Shown here: piece by piece, positions 28,867 through 38,743 of the stretch
Layout of the letters: every line of letters starts with the position of its first letter
Position numbering within the stretch: position 1 is the stretch's first letter
Made by a program: the position numbers and the translations under genes
Notes under the pieces: generated by a model
Told to the model about the DNA's origin: nothing
Database searches by the model: none
The model's input: only the letters and a program-made list of their open reading frames with translations
DNA from: Candidatus Poribacteria bacterium
Lineage (GTDB): Bacteria > Poribacteria > WGA-4E > WGA-3G
Length of the DNA stretch: 64,000 nt
Assembly: GCA_963665235.2 (NCBI GenBank)
Contig: CAXXLX010000001.1
Span: 1,440,001-1,504,000, forward strand
Reading direction: 5' to 3'

Positions 28867-29700
28867 ATGAAAGTGAAAACTGTAAGTCCCATCTGCCGGT
28901 CCGTGTGTGTTTTCAACCCCACTGCGGACATGAGGAAACATATCATAAAGACCCTCCTTTGTGCCGTGCTTTTAGGGGTTTTCGCAATTGGATATAGCCA
29001 GGCCGGAACTTGGAGAGATGACTTCAGCGGAATAGAACTCAACGGCTGGGAACAGATTTTCGAAGAAAATCCTTGGTTTGCAAGATGGAGACTTGTAGAT
29101 GAACAGCAGCGTCCCATTGTAGATGAACCATTTCTCCTCTTTGGTTATATTCGTATGCCTGAACAGGAGGATGTGACAGCAGCCGATTTTCTGCAATGGA
29201 ACGCCCATCCATTTCAACTTGACAAGTTAAAGGTAGTAGGCGAAGAGATACGTTATGGATGGCCCGTCACAGGTGAACTTTGCTTATTCCTCGGCAAACG
29301 GCAACCCAAACCTGACTTTGCCGAAGGTTATATTTTTTCACCTGAAAAGGCAACGAAAATGCAATTTACCGCAAATGGCGTTTATAATAAAGGGGAAGTG
29401 AAAGCCGAGTATGCTCTCATGCTCCGACTAACTTCAGGAGACCTAAAGGTTTTTTTCGACACCGGAACATTTCAAATCTTTACGCAAGACCTTTTCATAA
29501 CCGAATTCTTTGACGCTGAGATTACTATGATTGATGTCGTCGGTTTAATGATAGTGTTTGAATTTCCAGGGCGATGGTTTGATGCAACGATTTCAGCCTT
29601 TTCAGTTTCTGGAGCCGGTATTCGGAATTATAATTTGCTTGATGTGCCGTTGGGAAACACGCAACTGACGACCACTTGGGGAGAATTGAAACGTTTCTGA
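28867..29700 (+). CDS. Secreted protein (family A, DUF1080/ConA-like) with C-terminal tail
   Basis: Signal ...GYSQA|GTWRDDF; paralog of 37075 and 39848; tail QLTTTWGELKRF. Start could be 28930. Confidence 0.75.
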   Translation: MKVKTVSPICRSVCVFNPTADMRKHIIKTLLCAVLLGVFAIGYSQAGTWRDDFSGIELNGWEQIFEENPWFARWRLVDEQQRPIVDEPFLLFGYIRMPEQEDVTAADFLQWNAHPFQLDKLKVVGEEIRYGWPVTGELCLFLGKRQPKPDFAEGYIFSPEKATKMQFTANGVYNKGEVKAEYALMLRLTSGDLKVFFDTGTFQIFTQDLFITEFFDAEITMIDVVGLMIVFEFPGRWFDATISAFSVSGAGIRNYNLLDVPLGNTQLTTTWGELKRF

Positions 29701-29791
29701 ACGAAGTCAAAACACGCGGGAGATTCTTAGAGGTCTTTCCTTTCACAACAAATAAAGAATTTTGACCAAGGTTCGATAGAGGTAGCGAAAC

Positions 29792-32668
29792 ATGAAAAGC
29801 CTCGCGTCTATATGGGAATTGTGTCAACAGTGGTTTAAACGCTCGGTTCCGCTGGTTGTGCTTATTGGCCTGCTAAGCAGCTCGCTTCTTCTCTGTGTTT
29901 TTATCCGAACAGCGAATTACCCGCTCCTGGAAGAGACATATCTTCTCGGCACAGATTCCTATCGTTTTCTGCGTCAAGCCAATATTATTGTTTCGCAAGG
30001 GCATTTACCCGCAATTGACACACAGCGATGGCAGTTGGAAGGAAGAGATTTATCAACTTCTCTCAATCTTTTTTCTTATCTCCTTGCTTACACCTATCGT
30101 TTTCTGTATTGGTTTTTTCCAAACATAAGTCTCTACACGGTTGCTGTATATGCGCCTATTGTTTGCTATGCGCTTTGTCTGTTGATTCTTTACGTATTAT
30201 GGCGACGCGTTTTTGGGACATCCATTGCTCTCCTCGCTGTCAATTTTACTGCTATTTTCCCATCTCTGAATCTGCATCGTTCCACTGCGGGTTTTGCTGA
30301 CAGAGATGCCTTTGTCCTACTGCTGTGGTTGGTTATGTTCCTATTTTACCTGAAAGCGGAATCTACTCTTCCGAAAACAGGGGCATCCGCTGGTATTACT
30401 GCTAAAGCATCAGGCGGGAAATGGCTGTGTTCTTTTTATGCAGCGATATCAGGAATTGCTGGCGGATTGCTTGCACTTTCTTGGGAGGGGGTAGGTCTCG
30501 CGACAGTTATGCTCTCTATCTGGATTGGTGTACGCGTGCTGCGCGGTCGCTTTTCTCGTCAAAGCGCATCACTTTATGTTATTTGGTATCTCTGCTTCAC
30601 TGGACTTGCCTTCTCATTTACGCGCGCCTACCACAGCATTTGGATTCCTTATGCTTCTCTGACGATTGTCATCCCAACTATGACCCTTTTCTGTACCCTC
30701 ACATTTTTTGGGAAAGAGAATTCAACAACTACCAAAACAGAAAAACCTGCTTCCCTAAGGAAACGTTTGTTGGAATTTTCAAGGTACAGCAACATTTATC
30801 GATGCCTCTTCGGTTGTGTTATCACTACCTTCCTATTGGCAGGGTTTGCCCTATTGCAATCACCTGATATCAGTGAAACATTTCGTAGACTGTTTGACAA
30901 TTTTGTCTCACCCTCCGGGCGAAGTCGTCTTATGCTTACCGTTTCTGAACTTTTTGACTTAGACGGCATAAGGTTTCTCAGTAAGTATTCAGTCATAGCC
31001 TTGGCAGCAATGGCAGGTTGTGGGCTCCTAGTTTACAATTTCTTCTCAAAAGAGCGCGTCATTTTTCGGTTAGCTCTCATCGGTTTTGAAATAGTGCTTT
31101 GTGGAATCCTTCTCTCTCTTTTCCTTACAAATTCGGATGTCTCTTTTGGCATCTTTGGGTTTTCTTTTTTGGTAGGTGGGATCACGATAGGTGTAGCGTA
31201 TATCCTTAGAATAGGAGACAACCTCGGAAATAATAAGTATCTATTGGTGTTAATATGGATGCTTGTAGGTCTTGCCAGCAGTCGTGGTGCCGAGCGATAC
31301 CTCTTTTTTATTGACCCAGTATTGGCGGTCTTAGTGAGTTTTTTGATTTTTACGGGACTACGGAGATGTATGAAGGAGCGAATTGGGAATGATTCATCTG
31401 AGCAGACTGAAGTACAAGGTTCTGTATTCGGAACCGGGCAAACAGAATTGTGTGTAATAAGTCTTATCGTAGCTTCTGAACTGTATATTGGATATCGTCT
31501 ATTTGGTGTCGGTAGTTTCACAAAGGTGATTTTTCTTGGTATGGTAATACCATGTGCACTCTTCGGAATTTTGCTGCTGTACCAATTGGCACGGCTTAGG
31601 ATATCCCATCTCCAAAGGTTTGGCTGCATCGGGACCGTGTGTATTCTCATCCTCTTCACAAGTTCAGATGTTTTTTCCGTAGGAGGCGTTTTTAACCCTG
31701 CTCCCTTCCCGCTGCACAAAGGGTTTGTCCGGGCAAGTACCGAGTCGGTACGTAAAACAGCCGTACCTCGCTCCCCGAAATTGCAGAAACGTTTGGCTGA
31801 TATCGCGGAGCATACCGATGAACACGCGGTTATTACCGCTTGGTGGGATTACGGAAGCAAGATACATTGGTTTGCGAAACGTGCAACCGTTGTTGACGAA
31901 GACCACTATATTCCTTATTGGATCTTTATGATGGCGCGGCATGTCTTTAGCGGTGTATCTTCTACTGAAACGCTTACATTTTTAAAGACACATAACGTTA
32001 CGCATCTGTTGATAACGACAAACGACCTCCTTAAACTTGATACTATTACGTATACGGGCTCTGATGAAACTTATGACCGTGGTGCAGCTGTTCATTTTCT
32101 CATGCCAATTCGCAGCCGAGAAGTGGCACCTTCCGTGCAGCAAACAGACTTGATTCCACACAGTTCGCGAACTATGGATACGCTTTCGCTAAATGGAAAG
32201 GACTATCCACCAGGGCAATGGATGTTGCAAGGTGTTTCAATTATCGACGAGGGTGATACCTGGTCAGCAAAGGTTCATGGAATAACCAGGGACGGTAAAT
32301 TTTCTCTACCCCCAGCGGAATTACGGATTGGCACGTCACACATCAAGTCTGAGAAAAAGGGAGTCCCAGGCTCTATCGTTGTTTTTTCTAATGAGACGAA
32401 CCAGAAGGTGCAGGCATTTTATGTATCAGCAACCGCTGCACGTTTACTGACAGTTCGACTATATCTTTTTCTGGAGGAGATTCCTGGTTTTTCGTTGCTA
32501 TATGATACTAATTCTGAAGAGCGGTGTGAACTTGATGGGTTCCGGCTCTGGAAAATTGAGTATCCCGAAACAGTTCAACCCGAGCCGAAATATCGGCAAC
32601 ACGATTTTCCTGAAACTGAAAAGCAATTGAAACATTCATGGGAAAGGGGTGAGCTTATAGGTCGTTAG
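29792..32668 (+). CDS. STT3/AglB/PglB-family oligosaccharyltransferase
   Basis: 958 aa multi-TM; GTDSY (EL1 Asp), GFADRD (DxD), TVSE (TIxE/SVSE-like), WWDYG, DLLKLDTI (DK motif). Confidence 0.9.
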   Translation: MKSLASIWELCQQWFKRSVPLVVLIGLLSSSLLLCVFIRTANYPLLEETYLLGTDSYRFLRQANIIVSQGHLPAIDTQRWQLEGRDLSTSLNLFSYLLAYTYRFLYWFFPNISLYTVAVYAPIVCYALCLLILYVLWRRVFGTSIALLAVNFTAIFPSLNLHRSTAGFADRDAFVLLLWLVMFLFYLKAESTLPKTGASAGITAKASGGKWLCSFYAAISGIAGGLLALSWEGVGLATVMLSIWIGVRVLRGRFSRQSASLYVIWYLCFTGLAFSFTRAYHSIWIPYASLTIVIPTMTLFCTLTFFGKENSTTTKTEKPASLRKRLLEFSRYSNIYRCLFGCVITTFLLAGFALLQSPDISETFRRLFDNFVSPSGRSRLMLTVSELFDLDGIRFLSKYSVIALAAMAGCGLLVYNFFSKERVIFRLALIGFEIVLCGILLSLFLTNSDVSFGIFGFSFLVGGITIGVAYILRIGDNLGNNKYLLVLIWMLVGLASSRGAERYLFFIDPVLAVLVSFLIFTGLRRCMKERIGNDSSEQTEVQGSVFGTGQTELCVISLIVASELYIGYRLFGVGSFTKVIFLGMVIPCALFGILLLYQLARLRISHLQRFGCIGTVCILILFTSSDVFSVGGVFNPAPFPLHKGFVRASTESVRKTAVPRSPKLQKRLADIAEHTDEHAVITAWWDYGSKIHWFAKRATVVDEDHYIPYWIFMMARHVFSGVSSTETLTFLKTHNVTHLLITTNDLLKLDTITYTGSDETYDRGAAVHFLMPIRSREVAPSVQQTDLIPHSSRTMDTLSLNGKDYPPGQWMLQGVSIIDEGDTWSAKVHGITRDGKFSLPPAELRIGTSHIKSEKKGVPGSIVVFSNETNQKVQAFYVSATAARLLTVRLYLFLEEIPGFSLLYDTNSEERCELDGFRLWKIEYPETVQPEPKYRQHDFPETEKQLKHSWERGELIGR

Positions 32669-32704
32669 CAGAAGGGTCCGTATAAAAAGAGGAACCCTAT
32701 TAGT

Positions 32705-32978
32705 ACGAGTTGTGCTAAATAACTATTTGTCCAATATTATTTCACAATTATATAACGTCTTGTTAGTTTTTGTCATTGGTTGATTCCTTCTTTAGTCCCA
32801 GTATTCGGGCAAGCAGCCCGCTCTTTAAGGACGATATCTTTATAGAAAGTCGTTTCCGCCCCGGCCTCTTAGTCCCAGTATTCGGGCAAACAGCCCGCTC
32901 CTCAAGGACGATATCTTTATATGAATGTCAAATATCTGTGAAAACAACAAAAACAATGCGTTAACTGGCACAAGTCGT
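32705..32978. mobile_element. MITE (274 bp), ~19-bp imperfect TIR, 7-bp TSD TATTAGT, two internal compound REPs
   Basis: TATTAGT|acgagttgtgctaaataac...gttaactggcacaagtcgt|TATTAGT. Confidence 0.7.
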
Positions 32979-33345
32979 TATTAGTAGGATTTTCCGTTTT
33001 CTATAAATTGTCAGAATCTTGGATTACACGGATTTTAGGGTATGTAACATCCACAGTTTTGTGATTAAGGATGTTGCGTTTTTTCCGCATTATCGACACA
33101 TAAGTACAAAATACAAAATATTTACACAGGCCATGTCAAAGGGTGTGTAAAGTTTTTGTACAAGTAGAACTTACGCATTCCCCTCCGCTCCTCTACTAGC
33201 GGGATATCAGTATTAGTCCCAGTATTCGGGCAAACAGCCCGCTCTTTAAGGACGATATCTTTATAGAAACACAAAACATGCACCCCCTCTTAGTCCCAGT
33301 ATTCAGGCAAGCAGCCTGCTCTTAAGGACGATATATTTATAGAAT
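32792..33345. repeat. Four copies of a ~55-bp compound REP
   Basis: ttagtccc-agtattcgggcaaRcagcccgctc..-aaggacgatatctttata at 32792, 32869, 33213, 33290. Confidence 0.85.
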
Positions 33346-33781
33346 GAAAAAAATGTTGTGGATTATTACCATTTATTGCCCGTCGCAGCCCTGATTCTAG
33401 TAGAAAAACGCATCGCGCATCACAACCCTATACACGCGAGCTTGATAATAAATATCCGTTTTCTCTAAACATTTTTGAGGTTCTCCGAAAAAAGCGGAAT
33501 GAGTGGAGCAGAAACGGCTGCTTCTATAAATATATCGTCCCTACGGGACTAAGAATCGGGGCGGAAATGGTTTTCTATAAATATATCGTCCCTACGGGAC
33601 TAAGAGGCGGGCAGAAACCCAGATGCCTATAAACATATCGTCCCTAAGGAGCGGACTTTCAGTATTCGGGCAACCAGCCCGCTCCTGATACGAGGGGAAA
33701 ATTTTTCAAACTCACGTTATACGACACGACGGGCGATGAATCGCCCTACTACGAACGGAGGTCCAAAAACTTTACGCACCC
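33141..33781. mobile_element. MITE (641 bp), 18-bp TIR GGGTGYGTAAAGTTTTTG, 8-bp TSD ATGTCAAA (IS256-like ends)
   Basis: Left ATGTCAAA(33133-33140)|gggtgtgtaaagtttttg; right caaaaactttacgcaccc, with the TSD restored at 35057-35064 once the ISAs1 is removed. Confidence 0.7.
33434..33717. mobile_element. MITE (284 bp), same family as 25765-25915, 5-bp TSD TATAC, three internal REP copies
   Basis: TATAC|acgcgagcttgataataaatatccg...tcaaactcacgt|TATAC; internal ctataaaYatatcgtcccta x3. Confidence 0.8.
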
Positions 33782-33787
33782 ATGTCA

Positions 33788-35052
33788 CAGGGCCATTTAG
33801 TTTTAAGAATTTTCATGTGATGAGGTTAACTGCGAGTTTAGGTTTTGAGGCGAAAGATCGTATTGTCTCGGTGATTTTCGTATAACCGGCAAATCGTAAG
33901 ACTGCCAGTGCGGTGTTGCGTAAAGCTGCCATGACTTGGGGGATGCTGCCTGTTCTTGCTTTTGAGGCATCCTCTCCTAAAACCACGTCTCGAACCCAGT
34001 GGGATTTGTTTTCTATCGTCCAATGTTCTCGGTGTAGTTTTAGCAAGTCTTCCGCTGTTGCCTCTGCGACAAGTTAGTGATACCATACTGGATAGAAGTT
34101 TCACATTCACCTGTTTTGGTATTGACGCGCTGCACTTTGTATAGACTTGTGCAAGACCCGGCCAGTCAATATAATCTGACACGCTTGTGCTAGCTGTTCC
34201 CGTGTGATGATAAATCCGCGGTTTCTTCAACAAGGTGTGCCCCTGCTTGCGTGTGTGCGTTTTGAAGTCTGCCTTGATCGGGGGGGTCCGTCTAACAAGG
34301 GGGGCAAAGACCCACACAATATCGATATACATCTGTTTCTGATTCTTTTTGACACGCAGCACATAATAGGCTTTCTGTTTGATAAGTTCTTTACAAAAAG
34401 CACGTTGGGTCAATAGAGCATCCGTTGTCACCACTTTTCCTTTGACATCAAACTTTTCCAGCAGTTGCCGGGAAATAGGTATCTCATTGGTCTTGTGACT
34501 GACGGCACATGCAAGGGTAACCCCTAACTCATGACAGACAGCGGAGAGTAAATGGGTTCGGCGGCCGGTGTCTATGTCTATGGAACCGCAGAGTTCTTTA
34601 CCATCTATAGCAATGCCTTTCAAACCCGAGGGGTCTGTCCCTTCAAGAGCCGCAAGTTGTAAAGACACCCATTCGGTTGAGGGCGGTTTCTAAACTTTCT
34701 ATATCAAGATGCTTAAACAGATTATGAAAAACGGGGTCTTCCCACAACGGAAACCTAACGCTTCAGCCAGTTCAGGTTCATTGCGGGCCCAGGTCGCTAT
34801 AGACGTATAATATGACCGCACAGAAAACCGATAACATAAGAGCAAGGATGGAAACCAAAGGATGCCGTTTGCCTTTTGGGTGGATCTACAATTTGTGATA
34901 ATATACTGAGTAACATACTTCAACCTTCCTAAAAAAAAGGATTATTTTATTTACAGTGAAGTAAGCAGATGCAGCGAAAAAAGTCACGCTGCATCTGTCC
35001 AAATCAAAATAATAACAGATAGGAAAAAAATTCCTAAAACTAAATGGCCCTG
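33788..35052 (-). mobile_element. ISAs1-family insertion sequence (1265 bp)
   Basis: TIR cagggccatttagtttta / taaaactaaatggccctg; 10-bp TSD ACCCATGTCA at 33778-33787 and 35053-35062. Confidence 0.9.
33813..34923 (-). pseudogene. ISAs1 transposase, multiply frameshifted
   Basis: Fragments in different frames: IAIDGKEL, TNEIP, TTDALLTQ, VKKNQ; REHWTIENKSHWVRDVVLGED. Confidence 0.88.
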
Positions 35053-35071
35053 ACCCATGTCAAATATTTTC

Positions 35072-35100
35072 TTGACATAAAAAATGAAATAATGTAAAAT
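35072..35100 (+). promoter_or_regulatory. sigma70 promoter upstream of the secreted-protein run
   Basis: TTGACA-17 nt-TAAAAT, followed by a ~225-nt leader. Confidence 0.65.
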
Positions 35101-35327
35101 ATAATTTTATTGAGGGTGGGTCGGACATAAATCCTCGTAACTGCACTGATGGGAACCATAAATGTCTCAGTATTCGTTATAGTGTGGTCGGAAGCTGTAG
35201 CACGCTCTGTTAGATTGTGACTGCATCTTGCAAACGGACATTACGAAACCGCCGCGAATAATGAACCCACCTCGTTTAATTTTAATTTATGAGAATTTCA
35301 AAACGATACGAAAGGAGACCGAAAACA

Positions 35328-36074
35328 ATGCGCAAACGATTAGAGTTAATTCTGACAGCCCTACTTCCTGTAGCGGTTTTGTCAATCGGTTTTGTCACGT
35401 TTTCTTCAAAGGCTGGACTAAATAGCAACGAAACGGCTTCTCCGAAAGCATCCGGTGATTATTACAGAGCACCCGGTAAGGATGGTATGTACTTCGGTCC
35501 AGAAGTCTATTCCAGCACTCTAAACGGTGGCCCTTTTAATAACGGCTTTGAGATTGTGTATACAAACGAGTGTGGCAGTGTTTCTGCATCATCCACTCCA
35601 AATGCTGTTAGTTGGCACCGAAACCAAGTTTGGTCTTTTAGCACGGACCCTGAACATGATACACCGCCATGGGGCACCACTTCCTCCTACATTGCCCTCA
35701 GAGACGACCTTGGATGGGACGAGATTAGTCTTGGTGGAGGAACTACCGGGTATCCCTGGGCAGGATACGAAATACATGAAAGTGAGGCCGATTCCCTCAT
35801 AGTATCAGGCTGGACCGACGTAACAGGGTATAGACGTCATCCCGTGGATGCTGATGCTGATGATGAGCCGATATACATCTGTCCGATGTACTACAAGACA
35901 GGGGACTGGGTCTATGATGGTGCCACTGGGGGTAAGTCTCCGGATAACGTAGAAGAATATAAACAATCGAAAGGTCGCTTTGGACCTCCTATGTTTCGCG
36001 ATGAAGAAGAGCAAATACTCAGTCGGTTCGTAGCGGATTTAGATCGTTGGTTTGACTGTATAGAGTTGAATTAG
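35328..36074 (+). CDS. Secreted Trp/Gly-rich protein of unknown family (X1), no C-terminal tail
   Basis: RBS aaggag; N-terminal hydrophobic segment; shares YYRxPGK, FGPEV, DDLGWxEISxGGGTTGYPW, CPMYYK, RWxDCI with 43740-44504. Confidence 0.75.
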   Translation: MRKRLELILTALLPVAVLSIGFVTFSSKAGLNSNETASPKASGDYYRAPGKDGMYFGPEVYSSTLNGGPFNNGFEIVYTNECGSVSASSTPNAVSWHRNQVWSFSTDPEHDTPPWGTTSSYIALRDDLGWDEISLGGGTTGYPWAGYEIHESEADSLIVSGWTDVTGYRRHPVDADADDEPIYICPMYYKTGDWVYDGATGGKSPDNVEEYKQSKGRFGPPMFRDEEEQILSRFVADLDRWFDCIELN

Positions 36075-36170
36075 ATCTCGTAGTTTCAACCTTTTCAAGC
36101 AATGGGAAGGGAAGTTTGTATCTTTTCCCATTGCTTCTTCGCTAATCTCACAAAGGCAAGGAGGTGCCAC

Positions 36171-36947
36171 ATGAAACAGATGGCAAAAACTTGGATAGGT
36201 CTTGTGTTAATCGTCATACTTAGTGTTTTATCTCTATCTGCTTCTGCTCAGGTTTTTCGGGATGATTTTGATGTCCTGAAAGAGGCTGACTGGGAGCTTT
36301 GGGATGACGCTTCTGATTCTGTGTGGCGAGTTAAAGATGGGTTTTTAAGGGTAGCAATACCATCGAATGACTTTTTTAGACCTGCTGGATTCTTCCAATT
36401 TAAGGGAATTCCGGGCAACTACGAGACCTTCGAATTTTTTATTGAAGACCTTTTAATTCAGCGGCAGGAAAAGAAACCGGGGCCTGAGGTTTTCACAATT
36501 AAAGTTAACAATTTGGGTTCAAAAAAGGCGAGTTTTGGTGTCGCCATTGGACGAAGATTTCCAGAAGTGAGCAAAGGATACTCGTTCTTTTATGTGTTTA
36601 CCACCTATGGAATAGAGGCAAAGGCGTACATGTGGTTTGGTGTAGATCATTGGTCGGACAAGGAACCGCGCCACCCTAACGTCTTTCGGGAGGGGATATG
36701 GGCATTAGCATCCATGGAGATTCGTTTTGATAGGGGACATTTTCTATGGTTTGCGGATGGTGAAAAACGCGCGGATTTTGAAGACCCCGATTTTTCACAA
36801 ATTGAGCTCATCGGGTTTCTAATACGACCAGGTATTTTGGATGGTGGGAGTGGATGGGTGGATTCATTTACGATTTCGTATTCAGGGCTTGCTGTTTCAC
36901 CGCAAACCAAGTTAGCGACAACGTGGGGAACGTTAAAACGGTTTTGA
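36171..36947 (+). CDS. Secreted protein (family B, DUF1080/ConA-like) with C-terminal tail
   Basis: RBS ggaggt; signal ...SASA|QVFRDDF; tail LAVSPQTKLATTWGTLK; paralog of 37951. Confidence 0.78.
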   Translation: MKQMAKTWIGLVLIVILSVLSLSASAQVFRDDFDVLKEADWELWDDASDSVWRVKDGFLRVAIPSNDFFRPAGFFQFKGIPGNYETFEFFIEDLLIQRQEKKPGPEVFTIKVNNLGSKKASFGVAIGRRFPEVSKGYSFFYVFTTYGIEAKAYMWFGVDHWSDKEPRHPNVFREGIWALASMEIRFDRGHFLWFADGEKRADFEDPDFSQIELIGFLIRPGILDGGSGWVDSFTISYSGLAVSPQTKLATTWGTLKRF

Positions 36948-37074
36948 ACGGACACAAAACCAGAACGGCCGTAGAAATAGGGATTTTTAACCCCCTATTC
37001 TCCTTATCGAGGGGGATGCGTAAGTCCTGAAAACTTTAACTAAATAGTTTTACCCTGACAGGAGACAATCTATT

Positions 37075-37908
37075 ATGAAAGTTAAAACTGTAAGTTCCAT
37101 CTGCCGGTCCGTGTGTATTTTCAACCTCACTGCGGACATGAGGAAGTATATCATAAAGACCGTCCTTTGTGCTGTGCTTTTGGGGGTTTTTGCAATTGGA
37201 TATAGCCAGGCCGGAACTTGGAGCGACGATTTTAGTGGAGCGGAACTCAACGGATGGGAACGTATTTTCGAAGAGGATCCTTGGTCTGTAGATTGGAGAC
37301 TTGTAGCCTGGGGACCTATGGATGACCATTTCCTCCTCTTTGGTGATATTCGTATGCCTAAACAAGAGGGTGTGACAGCAGCCGATTTTCTGCACTGGAA
37401 CGCCCATCCATTTCAACTTGACAAGTTAAAGGTAGTAGGTGATGAGATACGTTATGGACGGCCCGCCTCTGGTGAACTTTGCTTATTCCTCGGCAAACGG
37501 CAACCCGAACCTGACTTTGCCGAAGGTTATATTTTTTCTCCTGAAAAGGCAACGAAAATGCAATTTACCGAAAATGGGGTGTATAATAAAGGGGAAGTGA
37601 AAGCCGAGTATGCCCCCATGTTCCGGCTGACTTCAGGAGACTTAAAGGTTTTTTTTGACACAGGAACATTTCAAATCTTTACGCAAGACCTTTTCATAAC
37701 GGAATTCTTTGACGCTGAGATTACTATGATTGATGTCATCGGTTTAATGATAGTGTTTGAATTTCCAGTTGCCGATGTGCGATGGTTTGATGGATCGATT
37801 TCAACCTTTTCGGTTTCCGGAGAGGGTATTCCGAATCATAATTCTCTTGATGTGCCGTTGGGAAACATGCAACTGACGACCACTTGGGGAGAATTGAAAC
37901 GTTTCTGA
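37075..37908 (+). CDS. Secreted protein (family A) with C-terminal tail
   Basis: Very close paralog of 28867-29700; tail QLTTTWGELKRF. Confidence 0.78.
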   Translation: MKVKTVSSICRSVCIFNLTADMRKYIIKTVLCAVLLGVFAIGYSQAGTWSDDFSGAELNGWERIFEEDPWSVDWRLVAWGPMDDHFLLFGDIRMPKQEGVTAADFLHWNAHPFQLDKLKVVGDEIRYGRPASGELCLFLGKRQPEPDFAEGYIFSPEKATKMQFTENGVYNKGEVKAEYAPMFRLTSGDLKVFFDTGTFQIFTQDLFITEFFDAEITMIDVIGLMIVFEFPVADVRWFDGSISTFSVSGEGIPNHNSLDVPLGNMQLTTTWGELKRF

Positions 37909-37950
37909 ACATATCACTTTATCAACCTCACAAAGGCAAGGAGGTGCCAC

Positions 37951-38739
37951 ATGAAACTGATAGCAAAGACCTGGGTGGGTCTTGTGTTAATCGTCGTACT
38001 TAGTGTTTTATCTCTATCTGCTTCTGCTCAGGTTTTTCGGGATAATTTTAATGTCCTGAAAGAGGATGACTGGGAGCTTTGGGATGCCGCCTCTGATTCT
38101 GTGTGGCGAGTTAAAGATGGTTTTTTAAGGGTAGCAATACCAGCGAATGACTTTTTTATTCCTGCTGCATTCTTCCAATTTAAGGGAATTCCTGGGAAGT
38201 ACGAGACCTTCGAATTTCTTATTGAGGACCTTTTAATTCAGCGGGAGGAAAAGAAACCGGGACCTGAGGACTTCACAATTAGGGTTAAAAATTTGGGTTC
38301 AAAAAGGGCGAGGTTTGGTGTCGCCATTGGACGAAGATTTCCCGAAGTGAGCAAAAGACACGCGTTTTTTTATGTGTTTACCACCTATGGAATAGAGGCA
38401 AAGGCTTACATGTGGTCTGGTACGAGTCATTGGTGGGACAAAGAACCGCGCCATCCTGACGTTTTTCGGCAGGGACTATTGGAATTATCATCCACGGAGA
38501 TTCGTTTTAATAAGGGACATTTTCAGTGGTTTGCGGATGGTGAAAAACGTGCAGAGTTTGAAGACCCCGATTTTGCACAAATTGAAATCATCGGGTTTCT
38601 AATACAAGCAAATATGTGGCATGTAGGGAGTGGATGGGTGAATTCGTTCAGGATTTCGGGGTCAGGGCTTTCGAAGCTTGCCGTTTCACCACAAGCCAAG
38701 TTAGCGACTACATGGGGGCAACTCAAACAGCGAAGGTGA
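37951..38739 (+). CDS. Secreted protein (family B) with C-terminal tail
   Basis: Close paralog of 36171 including its RBS region; tail LAVSPQAKLATTWGQLK. Confidence 0.78.
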   Translation: MKLIAKTWVGLVLIVVLSVLSLSASAQVFRDNFNVLKEDDWELWDAASDSVWRVKDGFLRVAIPANDFFIPAAFFQFKGIPGKYETFEFLIEDLLIQREEKKPGPEDFTIRVKNLGSKRARFGVAIGRRFPEVSKRHAFFYVFTTYGIEAKAYMWSGTSHWWDKEPRHPDVFRQGLLELSSTEIRFNKGHFQWFADGEKRAEFEDPDFAQIEIIGFLIQANMWHVGSGWVNSFRISGSGLSKLAVSPQAKLATTWGQLKQRR

Positions 38740-38743
38740 CATC

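Noticed and set aside
31033-31719. 228-aa minus-strand ORF
   Set aside because: Antisense to the hydrophobic region of the STT3 gene; no motifs.
32792-33660. CRISPR-like repeat-spacer pattern
   Set aside because: Repeats occur in pairs or triplets in both orientations, with irregular spacing, and recur elsewhere (42895), as REPs do.
33164-37029. One large element bounded by ACTTACGCA (33169) and TGCGTAAGT (37018)
   Set aside because: The match is short, no target duplication is evident, and the left copy lies inside another MITE; more likely two solo repeat ends.
28867-38739. DGR-driven diversification of family A/B paralogs
   Set aside because: Differences include indels and all base types across the genes; no RT or non-coding template seen.
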